This document shows, one piece after another, positions 30,834 to 40,527 of a stretch of DNA of 64,000 nt; position 1 is the stretch's first letter; each line of letters opens with the position of its first letter. The translations under genes and the position numbers were made by a program. Under the pieces are notes generated by a model. It had not been told where the DNA came from, ran no database searches, and saw only the letters and a list, made by a program, of their open reading frames with translations. Origin of the DNA: a virus (Duplodnaviria; Caudoviricetes); the IMG/VR virus record IMGVR_UViG_2744054517_000003, positions 1 to 64,000 of that record; one strand, given 5' to 3'.

Positions 30834-31676
30834 CTATTGGATATCCCCAGGTTGTGTACCAACGACTCCCCAAACATGTCCATCTACTTTATAATCGGCA
30901 CCACGCCATTGAAGTATGTAATGTCCAGAACGCATACCAGATGAGTAGCCTTCATCTGTGGTTCTCCAAATAACTGTGTCATGAGGAGCGATTGGTAAAG
31001 CACTGATGTATTCTTTGTTTGAACCTTCATGTGTCAAACTAACTTTGACAGGATGGTCCGAATAGTTCTTTATACTGAGTTTGACATGTCCATGCCCCTT
31101 AGGGATAACAAAGCCAGTTGCTGCGGTAGCACCTCCGGTTAATCTGACATCAATAACACCTATACCCCTTTGAGGCGTTACTTTGGCAGAATCAGTTCCT
31201 GACACACCCCATGCTGTGACATGCACAATATCGCCGCCAGCTCTCCACTGTATTTCATAATTTCCAGAGCGCAGCCCTTGTGAAAAAGAATTTACACTAT
31301 CCCAGGTCAAACTTTTATGAGCGCCAACAGTCTTAACAATATATTGTTTATTACTGTCTGTATGCACCAGGCTAAAAGTCATTGTTGAATCACCTGTATT
31401 TTTTACCATAATTTTAAGATGCCCGTATCCAGGATCTAAAACAAAGCGTGATACTGGGTTCTTCTCATTTTCGAACGTGTCATTAAAAACATCTCTTGCT
31501 CTTTGCGGAGTGATTACATGGTCACCAGTAGTTGTTTTACCAGCATTTTTGATCGCAATACTGGATGTATTTGCAGAATCAGACGCATCTGAACTTGCAC
31601 AGATCACACTCGGCACAACAACAGCCCCTAACAAACAAAAAGATAAGGCTGATGAAAAAAATGTTTTCTTTTTCAA
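30834..31676 (-). CDS. secreted protein with two copies of an uncharacterised beta domain
   Basis: signal peptide; two repeats of P.G.GH.K...KN...MRSG.Y..QWR...WG. Confidence 0.65.
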   Translation of the reverse strand: MKKKTFFSSALSFCLLGAVVVPSVICASSDASDSANTSSIAIKNAGKTTTGDHVITPQRARDVFNDTFENEKNPVSRFVLDPGYGHLKIMVKNTGDSTMTFSLVHTDSNKQYIVKTVGAHKSLTWDSVNSFSQGLRSGNYEIQWRAGGDIVHVTAWGVSGTDSAKVTPQRGIGVIDVRLTGGATAATGFVIPKGHGHVKLSIKNYSDHPVKVSLTHEGSNKEYISALPIAPHDTVIWRTTDEGYSSGMRSGHYILQWRGADYKVDGHVWGVVGTQPGDIQ

Positions 31677-31837
31677 TAAATATCATTTCTCCTTTGAGTT
31701 ATAAACGAAGCAAGAAAAGCTTCAAACCGAATGGCCTGAAGCTTTTCTCACCTCGTTCCAGTATAAGTAAAAAAGTTCTCCAATCAAGCGAGATACCAGT
31801 TAGCTTTTTTTATACAAAACTTTATAACTTGGTTTAA

Positions 31838-32338
31838 TTAAAGTTCATCTGAGCTAGTGGCTGATATACCCCAAGCTGTGGCGTCTACATAAGCTCCGCC
31901 AGCACGCCATTGTATTTCATAGTCTCCTGCGCGCATTCCGTTTGAAAAGCTATCCGTGCTATACCAAGTAAATGGTTCACCAGCACCTACATACTTAGTA
32001 AGTAAATAATCCCCACTATTGACATGCCTTAAGGTAAAAGTAAGCGTCGCCTTGGTGTTGTTTTTTACACGCAGCTTAACATGACCATATCCAGGAGATA
32101 TGGAGAACTCTGTTAATGGCGACTTGCCGTCAAGGACCACATTAAAAAGGTCTTTTGTTTTAAAAAGACCCACATCATGATTACCAGGTGTTTTCACTTC
32201 ATCATGGTTCCCGTAAGTCGATGTATTTGCGGAAGTACTTACAGCATCGGAATCCGCAAAAATTGCATTGGGTACGGCAACAGCCCCGCCAATAATACCT
32301 AAAGCTAAAGCTGATGCAATTAAATGTTTCTTCTTCAA
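31838..32338 (-). CDS. secreted protein with one copy of the same domain
   Basis: signal peptide; PGYGHVKLRVKN...GMRAGDYEIQWRAGG...AWG. Confidence 0.65.
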   Translation of the reverse strand: MKKKHLIASALALGIIGGAVAVPNAIFADSDAVSTSANTSTYGNHDEVKTPGNHDVGLFKTKDLFNVVLDGKSPLTEFSISPGYGHVKLRVKNNTKATLTFTLRHVNSGDYLLTKYVGAGEPFTWYSTDSFSNGMRAGDYEIQWRAGGAYVDATAWGISATSSDEL

Positions 32339-32483
32339 AGCTTATTCCTCCTATATTTGTATATTTAACTACCACCTCAGTCTACTAAAAGATTCCATGT
32401 TTTCAATCTTTCTTACATTAAGATCATATTATTGTTTAATAAATCCATATTTATGAATCAGATAGCAAGATTATTATCAGCTT

Positions 32484-32711
32484 TTACAATTCATCCTTCT
32501 GTAACTTAATATCTAATTCAATCAGACGATCCAAGTCCTGGACCGTCTGCATTTTTATATTTCCAGCTTGCAGGTCTTTGACCCACTGAGCTATACCAGC
32601 CTTAACAATCTTCCGGTACTGTGCCTTGGGTTCGAGGATACCTTCTATGATTTCAATCTCGCGTTGTAACGCTGTGTTGTATTGTTCGATTGGTAGGACT
32701 CTGATTTCCAC
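32484..32711 (-). CDS. small phage hypothetical protein
   Basis: 75-aa ORF with GGGGG RBS; I...TV.DL.RLIELD motif. Confidence 0.5.
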   Translation of the reverse strand: MEIRVLPIEQYNTALQREIEIIEGILEPKAQYRKIVKAGIAQWVKDLQAGNIKMQTVQDLDRLIELDIKLQKDEL

Positions 32712-33249
32712 GATTCGTACCCCCTATTCACAATAAAAAAAGCCATCTCTTATGAGATGACTTAAAAATTTTATGAGGCTGTCCCTAGGTCTTAGCTATG
32801 AAAACCCGTGCTACCATTACACCAACTCTCCGCAAGCCACCAGGGACAGCGAGATAATGATTGTACTCATCGACATCAATCCTTTCTGTTTCAAAGAAGT
32901 GAACCAGTCACACAAAGCAGCTCCTATAAGCCCTGAAACCAAGCTTCCTAAGAACCAATTGGATGTGAGATGAGTTAGAAATCCAGAGAGCACAGGAATC
33001 GAACCTATACCGGTGGCACACATGTTTTTCATTAGAATAGCACAAAAAGTTTCCCTGTACTATATTTTTGAGTTGAGTTGGTTTCCTATATTCAGGTAGA
33101 CGGCTAACAGGCTGTCAGACTGCGTGTATGCCCATTCTCTGCTTTCATCTTCACTCCTTCCGGTATTCGTTAATGTAACAGAAAGAACGCTCAAAATAGC
33201 TCACATTCTGTCATATGAGGGCAAAAGAAAAAGCACTCGAAAGTGCCTA

Positions 33250-33762
33250 CTAATCAGAATTTTGAATTAGATATTTTCCTAAAAAGGCTAAAAACAAGAG
33301 AAATGAAAAGGATATCGAAATTATCATAGGGATAAAATAGTCAATCGGCTTAATTTCTAAAACAAAATAATATCCGATTAAATTTAAGTAACTCACACTT
33401 GATAAAACTAAATAAGCAGGAAGTTTATTTAACATCCAATCTTCTCTTAAAGCATTCAGAAAAGGAGCATTTCTTTGTCGCTTCCAGTAAACTGAATAAA
33501 CTATCAAACAAAACAGGTATAAGAAAAACAACACCACCACGATAGCTGCTAAAACTATCTGAAAAATTAGAAGAATTGAACTCCAATTTTCATATCCAAA
33601 TTTCTTAGAAAAAAAAGATAACGTTTTTAAAAAGTCACCATTTACATCAGGTATGTTTTTCCTGATAAATGACAAAACAATTAAAATAAATGAACTGAAG
33701 ACTAAGACCTTTGAAATACTAAGTCCCTTTAGCTCTTTTATATTCGCTATTATATCAAACAT
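33250..33762 (-). CDS. AT-rich multi-pass membrane protein (moron)
   Basis: about 4 hydrophobic segments; AGGAGG RBS before MFDII. Confidence 0.6.
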   Translation of the reverse strand: MFDIIANIKELKGLSISKVLVFSSFILIVLSFIRKNIPDVNGDFLKTLSFFSKKFGYENWSSILLIFQIVLAAIVVVLFFLYLFCLIVYSVYWKRQRNAPFLNALREDWMLNKLPAYLVLSSVSYLNLIGYYFVLEIKPIDYFIPMIISISFSFLLFLAFLGKYLIQNSD

Positions 33763-34534
33763 ATGCTCCCCCTCCTGAAACCACAATTCGACATTCAGGA
33801 AGGTTTTTCCTCTTTAACACAAGGACGCAAACAAAACTGTTTAACACCATCCCATCTACCCCATACACAACCATTGCATTTTTTCGGCTGTTTTGGTGGG
33901 CCTTTCATGTATAGCAAAATTCCTTTCTTCTGCTTCTTCTTCAAGACTAAAATCCTTTCAAGGCAATAAAAAAAGCCACCCAAATGAGTGACTTGTATCT
34001 GCCTATGTATTTACAGTAGCAAATGAACTGAGGCGCTTATTTAAAACCCGAAAAAAAACAACGATTGGGTCTATTCCCCCAAGCGGGATGCAAAACGCTA
34101 CGCTGTTGCATAAAAGCATTTGTACTTAGTTACTAGGGAGGAAGAACAAGACCATTTTACTGATCGCTAGAAATGGACGTCAAAGAATAAAAACCGGATA
34201 ATATCGAGAAATAGGTAATTAAACCATTATAAGCTGGCTTTTGCTCACTTTCTCAATACTACTCGTCCCAAACGATCCTATCGCCCAGTTTATCCTCATC
34301 ATGAATTCCCAGCACACATAATAAAATGAAGCGCCAAGCGTAGTGTGAAATTCTGGATTCGGATTGTTGCATATTAAACACTGTCCTTACAGGACGCTTT
34401 ATTTTTCCTGTCTCCACAGCATGAAACAAGGACGATCCCTCCTTAACTGATAATGATAGGCTGCGAGAATGACTTGAAAGATGTAACAAAAAGCACAAGC
34501 AAATATGCCTGTGCTTTTTTTGTAGCTTATCTTG

Positions 34535-35152
34535 TTACTCTTGAATTTTTTTTGCAATTTCCATCAATTCGTCAAGAGTGGAATTGAAAGAAGAAACAGT
34601 ATAGAAGTGGTCTTTCGTAATCAAATGAACAACTCTTCTTTCTTGCCCGTCAACATAAGCTACAGTATGATTGTTGATTTTAGCCAACTCAACTTTTTCC
34701 ATATTATATGTTTTTTTCACATAATCAATAGTAGCCTGTTCATCCATTTGGGATTCTGCTTGAGTAACCATAATTTCAGTGCCGTCACCGCCACGATATG
34801 ACTGCCTGATTACCAAACCATCCTCGCCTTTCAAAGCTGTTGTGTTTAATGGCTTCAAGCTGTGCTTTTCAAGCGTTGCAATTCTAAGCGAGGCTCCCTG
34901 CGCTAGATTAGGAATATGGATATCTTCTGCTGGTACATCAGATATATTTATGAGACCTTTGATATCAACTCCTGCCTCTTCTGGTGTTTCAGTCGGCGCT
35001 TGCACTGTTGAAGCATCAATCGCTTCTGCTTTCGTTTCAACCGGAATCTGTGCAGGCGTTTCTGATTCGGCAGCATATGAATTATATGCATATGCACCAC
35101 CACCTATTACTAGTGCACCACCTAATGCTACAGCAACTAATTGTTTCTTCAA
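34535..35152 (-). CDS. secreted/membrane-anchored protein (DUF4367-like C-terminus)
   Basis: signal/anchor; KINNH..AYV, LDELMEIAKKI ending. Confidence 0.55.
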   Translation of the reverse strand: MKKQLVAVALGGALVIGGGAYAYNSYAAESETPAQIPVETKAEAIDASTVQAPTETPEEAGVDIKGLINISDVPAEDIHIPNLAQGASLRIATLEKHSLKPLNTTALKGEDGLVIRQSYRGGDGTEIMVTQAESQMDEQATIDYVKKTYNMEKVELAKINNHTVAYVDGQERRVVHLITKDHFYTVSSFNSTLDELMEIAKKIQE

Positions 35153-35167
35153 TTTAAACCCCTCCTA

Positions 35168-35652
35168 TTAATCGTAAAATACTGTACCTTCAGTAATGGC
35201 CTTATTATTGGATTTGTACAAAACAGAGTATCTCAGACCTCTATTATTATCGTTTCTCCCATAAAACACGTAATAAGTCGAACTATCAGAAGAAGATAAG
35301 GTGAAAGATCTTCCTGGAACTTCAATAGAAACATTATAGGTCATTTTATTCCAAGTCCCAGAACCAGCTATTCCGTCTGCCGGTAGCCCTTTATTTCTTT
35401 GGAAATTTTGGAGCCCTGTTTTCACACCGCTTCCAAAGCTCCCATCAATGCTTCCCACGTCTCCCTTTTGTCCATAGGCCCATAAATTTGCTTGCAGCGC
35501 TCTCACATATCCCCCACTGTCACCTTGGCGCAATGTAGGGAAACCATTAAAACCATCGTAAGCATAACTGGCACTTGCTATGCTTGCAAGCCCGAGACTA
35601 CCGCCACAGATGCAACAGCTAGAGACATTACAGATTTCATGTTTCTTTTCAA
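35168..35652 (-). pseudogene. secreted peptidoglycan-binding-domain protein, frameshift in signal peptide
   Basis: PTLRQGDSG..VRALQ..L...IDGSFG....GLQNFQ...GL.ADGIAG..TW; the TTG start after GGAGGG RBS is out of frame with the body. Confidence 0.7.
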
Positions 35653-36500
35653 TGCAATTCCCTCCATTTTAGAATTCTACGATTTTTAGTCCGTCTCATT
35701 TAGCTTTTTGTTCTGAATAGATAGAAATAAATCCCTTCTTTCCGAGACAAGAGTAACTTCATTAATCAAGCTGATTATGTAAGACTACGGTTTATGTACT
35801 TGTGACTAATAAAGCATGTTCAAAAACAGCTATTATAAATTAAATAGCTGTTTTTCCCATTTTTTGTCTTCTATTACATTATAAGTTTTTTATTGTAATT
35901 TTTCAACAAAAATATGGACAATCTTACCAGCCTATTATGAGACACGCTGCGGAATTGAACCACGCAAGGGTTCTGACCAGGCTGTTTCATGTTTCCGCTG
36001 GTTAACTGGTTCCTTGCCGCCTGCGCGTGCCATGAATAATAATGTGGGCAACAAAAAAGGACCAGCGCATTCGCCAGCCCTTCACGTGTTCCCTTCATTT
36101 CCACGTTATCAATATATCATGGGGAAATCGTCATGTGGTGTTCAATTTAGGAGCAGGTTAAGTTCGCGTAGTGCTCACTTTAGAGTCAAAAAATCTGTGC
36201 TTATTCCCCTTTAACCAGAACCGCAAATCTCTTCTTCTCAAATCACTTTCTATATTGAGAGCTTGTAAATCATCCTACCAGCTCCCTTAAGGGTAGGAGG
36301 GAAAAGCCCTCAATAATTTATAGGAGATGGTTATATGAAGAGATTTATGTTTTGGTTATTTATTAAAGTAATGTTTTACAAAGAACAAATTGCAGAATTG
36401 TTTATTGACTTAGCCACATCGGGAACTATCCTGGATGTGGCTTTTTTATTGCTCAAATTTTCTTTGATTGTCTGGATAAAGAGGGGGAATAATCCGGGTC

Positions 36501-37001
36501 TTAAAATTCCGTCTCTTCTTGCTCGAAGAAGCCCATAAGCTTCAACGTATTCGCCATGCTCTCAGCTCCTTCACTCATTTTACGTCGGATAGTACTATCG
36601 CTGAGACTACGACGGAAGAAAAGTAATGTCTCTTTATAGGTATAGCTCTGAATGTAACGGTACTCCACCGCCTTACGGGCGTCATCATCCTTAATCAAAC
36701 TGTGCGCCCGGCGAAGCTGCCTCGTATAAAAATCATACCTGCTGTAGACCCAACGCTGCTTTTCGATCAGAATCGTGGCGTTGACTGTCTTGTCTGCATG
36801 CAAATCAGTCTGGTCGATGCGGTGAGCTGCTTCGCCATCAATACCTACTTGCTGAAGCTCCTGCTCAAACTGCTCAAAGTCTTTCATAAGTGCAACCATA
36901 TCTGTATATTTTTCGAGCAGGAACTTTGTCCGCTGGATCTCCTGTTTAGTTGCTTTTGCGAAGAGCTCCCCTTGCTCCCACACCATTGCCATTCCCTTCA
37001 T
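36501..37001 (-). CDS. ArpU/RinA-like late transcriptional activator
   Basis: sigma-region-4-like C-terminus (AVEYRYI...LSDSTIRR); position upstream of packaging genes. Confidence 0.6.
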   Translation of the reverse strand: MKGMAMVWEQGELFAKATKQEIQRTKFLLEKYTDMVALMKDFEQFEQELQQVGIDGEAAHRIDQTDLHADKTVNATILIEKQRWVYSRYDFYTRQLRRAHSLIKDDDARKAVEYRYIQSYTYKETLLFFRRSLSDSTIRRKMSEGAESMANTLKLMGFFEQEETEF

Positions 37002-37113
37002 TCCCCTTTGTCATATGATATAATGTCAGGAGGAATGATTTACTATTAGTGCCCCCCGCGAGCCTGGCCAAGGAATGCGGGGTTGTTTGTATTCTTGTGG
37101 AAGAAGAACAGCA

Positions 37114-37353
37114 TTACATCTCTTCCTTTGCAATTTTCATCGTTTCTTGCACCAATTGCTTCGCGTAATCCCCATTTGGTCTCGGAGCATCCAACACATC
37201 GTATATATCCTGTAAATGAAGCAACACACGCTCGTTCGTCCCTGCTTGCTGACGGTCCGATGCTTCCGGGTCAAAACCGAGCAATCGTATCGTATCATCC
37301 AGCTCCAAACGCATATCCATGAGCTGCTCTATCGATGCGTTAATGTTTGCCAA
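37114..37353 (-). CDS. small phage hypothetical protein
   Basis: 79-aa ORF with AAAGGTG RBS. Confidence 0.5.
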   Translation of the reverse strand: MANINASIEQLMDMRLELDDTIRLLGFDPEASDRQQAGTNERVLLHLQDIYDVLDAPRPNGDYAKQLVQETMKIAKEEM

Positions 37354-37536
37354 GGTTCACACCTTTTTAGTAGCAAAGTCCTCTGAATTTCAAACTTTAG
37401 TCATCACTCTTCCAAGATGTTTACCGTAGTCGTAGACTTCTTAGTAGTTGTTCCATGTCACTCACCCTTTCAAAATTCTTTTTGGGAAATATGAATCTTT
37501 CTATTAAGTCTGCCTTATAACAAATGAGGTGATATT

Positions 37537-37839
37537 ATGACGTACAAAAAAATAAAACGCTGGACGAAGACCGTTTTAAAATTACTTTTTATCGTGAATG
37601 TAACAGGACTTGTTGTTTTTATAGGCTATCTAATATTTGATGTGCTTACTGACAAAAAAGCGCTAGTTAGTACTCCAGCTGTTAACTCAATTGCATTAAT
37701 ATTAGGAATGCTTTCACTGCCGGGAATAGTTGTTCAACTGGTATCTCTGCTTAACATCAATGAGAAGAAAACTTTTTCATTGACTTCCCAGTGCCCTCAT
37801 TGCAGACATTTAGTTGAAATGAAAATGAAAGAGGATTAA
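37537..37839 (+). CDS. two-TM membrane protein with C-terminal CxxC
   Basis: GAGGTG RBS; two hydrophobic helices; CPHC. Confidence 0.55.
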   Translation: MTYKKIKRWTKTVLKLLFIVNVTGLVVFIGYLIFDVLTDKKALVSTPAVNSIALILGMLSLPGIVVQLVSLLNINEKKTFSLTSQCPHCRHLVEMKMKED

Positions 37840-38026
37840 GATCATATGTTCCGTTTATAAAATGCAGGTGGCCGCCGTAGCCCGTGAGGGTAGGGGCCAC
37901 CCTGCAAAGGATTTATTTAAACAGCAGTTGATTGAACCGTTTGCTCTTTAACGCGCTCTTTGTATTTGTTCAACTTTCCAGTGAGCTGTCCAGAAGATAG
38001 GCCGACACTACGAGCCAATCCCCAAA

Positions 38027-38331
38027 ATGTTCCTCGATGCTGCATCTGAAGATCAATACTTTATGGCCTTCGAGCTCGCTGCTTCTACTGGCATGCGTCA
38101 AAGTGAGATACTTGCACTACCCCGATCAGAGGTAGATTTACAGAAAAAACAGCTTCGGTTCGACAAGCATATACCATTTCTGAAATAGGACATGGTCTTG
38201 ATGATACTAAAAATGATAGCAGCGTTCGCTCCATCGCACTGTTTGCTAATACCGCTAATTTTTTGGAAAATCACTTTAGAAAGCAAGAATATGAGCAAGC
38301 CAAAAATAAGCTATACAATCTACTAGACTAA
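38027..38331 (+). pseudogene. tyrosine integrase fragment of the left prophage
   Basis: FLDAASEDQYFMAFELAASTGMRQSEILAL (box I Arg), frameshift in an A-tract, then DTKNDSSVRSIAL; lacks the N-terminus and box II; points at the att site. Confidence 0.8.
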
Positions 38332-38420
38332 AGGGTAGAAAAATGGTAGAAGAATGCTCAGTTCAACAAAAAAACGCGACATCCAAAAAGCTTGGAAGCC
38401 GCGCTGTGCTTGAGTTTTAT

Positions 38421-38467
38421 AAGATGCTGGTGAAGGGAATTGAACCCCCGGCCTACGCATTACGAGT
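38421..38467 (-). repeat. att core copy 1: 3' half of tRNA-Thr(CGT)
   Basis: 47 bp identical to 54944-54990; reverse complement has anticodon loop CTCGTAA, T-arm GGTTCAATTCC and acceptor strand CACCAGCA; 5' half absent. Confidence 0.95.
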
Positions 38468-38727
38468 GCGTCTAATCTCCGCTATCGTCCCGAAACCTAG
38501 ACGTAGCCTATGACGGACATTCAGACGATGACCTACGGATTGTACGAAGCCCTACGGTTTGGTATTTTAATACATAGTGATTATACCACGGGGATATTAT
38601 CGTAGCAACGCACTCATAAACGAAGAAAAGACACCTGAAATTTTCCATTCTATCATTTAAATTATACAACCTTTGCTGTATACTGTTTATTGTAATAAAA
38701 ATACATCACCAGTTTTAGGAGTAACTA

Positions 38728-39255
38728 ATGGACCCACAACCAACGCCACAACTTCAGGAGAATAGCTGCGACGCTATCCTAGATACAGCTAAAACTTTAT
38801 ATAATGATGAGATAGATCGCTTTAAACAAGTTGAAGCCAAAACCGGTATCACGTTAGGTTTTGTCGGCGTTATTTTAGGTGTTTTTATAACCTATATTGG
38901 GACCTCTAAACTTCAAATGGATATGGTCCCCTACGTTGTATATTCGTACTTTTTTAGGTTATCTATTATAGCTCTGTTAACTGCGAGTTCTATCAAACTA
39001 ATCAATGCAATAAAAGTCGGGAGTTTCCAACAAATTGACATAAATAATATAGTAGATGAAGACTTTGCAAAAGAAAGACCTGCTAAGGTTAAACTGGACA
39101 TCGCTGCTACTTATCAAGAAACTATCAATCAAAATTCAGAAAAAATTGATGAGAAGAATGATAATTATAACGTTGGACTTAATTTAATGATGTATGGATT
39201 CGTACTGTTTATTGTCTATATTATACTAGAGGAGATTATTAAAAATGCCAGATAA
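38728..39255 (+). CDS. three-TM membrane protein, satellite cargo (Pycsar-effector-like topology)
   Basis: E..R...VEAK.G..LGFVG, two TMs, soluble loop, C-terminal TM; AT-rich. Confidence 0.6.
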   Translation: MDPQPTPQLQENSCDAILDTAKTLYNDEIDRFKQVEAKTGITLGFVGVILGVFITYIGTSKLQMDMVPYVVYSYFFRLSIIALLTASSIKLINAIKVGSFQQIDINNIVDEDFAKERPAKVKLDIAATYQETINQNSEKIDEKNDNYNVGLNLMMYGFVLFIVYIILEEIIKNAR

Positions 39256-39400
39256 AGAAAATCGAAGTAAATTCTCTAACAATTCTTCTGACACACCAAG
39301 AAGTAGGGGGACAAAGCCTGTGAAACGCGATGCCTTTTCTCAGAATAATAGTAATCCCGCTAAAGGAACACCTCGTCCTAATACAACTAAAAAGAATTAA
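39245..39400 (+). CDS. small disordered 51-aa peptide coupled to the membrane gene
   Basis: GAGGAG RBS; MPDKENRSKFSNNSSDTPRSRGTKPVKRDAFSQNNSNPAKGTPRPNTTKKN; followed by a hairpin at ~39407-39449. Confidence 0.5.
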   Translation: MPDKENRSKFSNNSSDTPRSRGTKPVKRDAFSQNNSNPAKGTPRPNTTKKN

Positions 39401-40167
39401 ACGAAGAAAAAGCGCCCGCCCACGGATCATAACCGTAGACGGGCGCTTTATAATTTCCGGAAGTTTATTTTGATACGCCGATTTCTCACGCACCTGATTT
39501 CGGGCCGCGCGAGGGGGCGCTTGGGGGTACAGCCCTCGCAATCTGCACGCAAAAAGACGCTCATTCATTCGCTTTTGATAGCGTAAATAAGCGTTATTTT
39601 CGATCGGACACACGCAGCCATACGTACCACCAGTCGCCTTTTATGCAGCGGATATTCACGGACATGTGCACAAAATCCATATTATGCGAATATGTCTGCG
39701 CCCGGAACCCGCGCCATTATGCGGTTGATACCGCGTTGCATAAACGCACCCTATGCACTGTATATACATTACCAGTGTATAATCCGTATAAATCCCGTAG
39801 CTACGCGGCTTTCCGTCCTCTCCGGCCACCTACCCGCTGGTAACATATGCAGCTAAATACACTGGTTCTCTCGTCCGTTATACACTGCATATGCAGCCGA
39901 AACGTATGACGGATTTACGCTATACCCGAAAGTTTCCGTAGCTATAAAACTGCGAGACTCCGCGCCCCAACTGGTCCTTCAGCTATTAGAATGCTTTCGT
40001 ATTCGAAAAATTCCAGAGCGGTCGCGCGTCAGGAGCGTCGTGTAGGAAAATTCGCTATAAAGTACACTTTTGGGACACCATAACTAGCCGCTAAAGCCCT
40101 ATATACCGCTGATATAACGCCATTTCACCCGATTTCGTGTACGGTATGAATCCGAACCGACTCACGC

Positions 40168-40470
40168 TTAAATAAGGCCGAGCATTCGGCATCTCTCCGT
40201 GATTTCATCCGCTGAAAGCGCGAGCCAATCTACCGCACTCCTATGTCGTCGACGTATTGCGGATATAAACCCTCGGTGTACCTTCTCGTATTCTTTATTA
40301 AAATCCTCACGTTGCCTCCAGCGGTACAGTGTCCGCCTATCAACTCCGCATAGAGATGCAATTTCATCCATCGTGTCATGTACGCCCTTGCGCGCCAGCA
40401 TTTCGATTGCAAGCCTATGACGCTCGTCCAACGGTGGCCGTGCGCGCCTTTTGCGTTTCTTATTCGCCAT
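40168..40470 (-). CDS. terminase-small-subunit-like HTH protein (phBC6A51 type)
   Basis: LDERHRLAIEML...TMDEIASLCGVDRRTLYRWRQREDF. Confidence 0.7.
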   Translation of the reverse strand: MANKKRKRRARPPLDERHRLAIEMLARKGVHDTMDEIASLCGVDRRTLYRWRQREDFNKEYEKVHRGFISAIRRRHRSAVDWLALSADEITERCRMLGLI

Positions 40471-40527
40471 TGTAACGCAACTCCTTCCGTATGTAAAAAA
40501 AGAGCGAGCCGCAGCCCGCCCGTAAGT

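Larger units (their letters stand above)
1..38420 (-). mobile_element. defective PBSX/skin-like myovirus prophage (left end outside window)
   Basis: ordered terminase-portal-head-tail-baseplate-lysis genes on minus strand; integrase remnant next to tRNA-Thr att; several disrupted genes. Confidence 0.9.

Noticed and set aside
38098-38298. 66-aa minus-strand ORF
   Set aside because: Antisense to the integrase remnant on the plus strand
38421-38500. Intact tRNA-Thr gene at either att copy
   Set aside because: Only the anticodon-to-acceptor 3' part is present; the 5' acceptor strand and D-arm are missing at both copies
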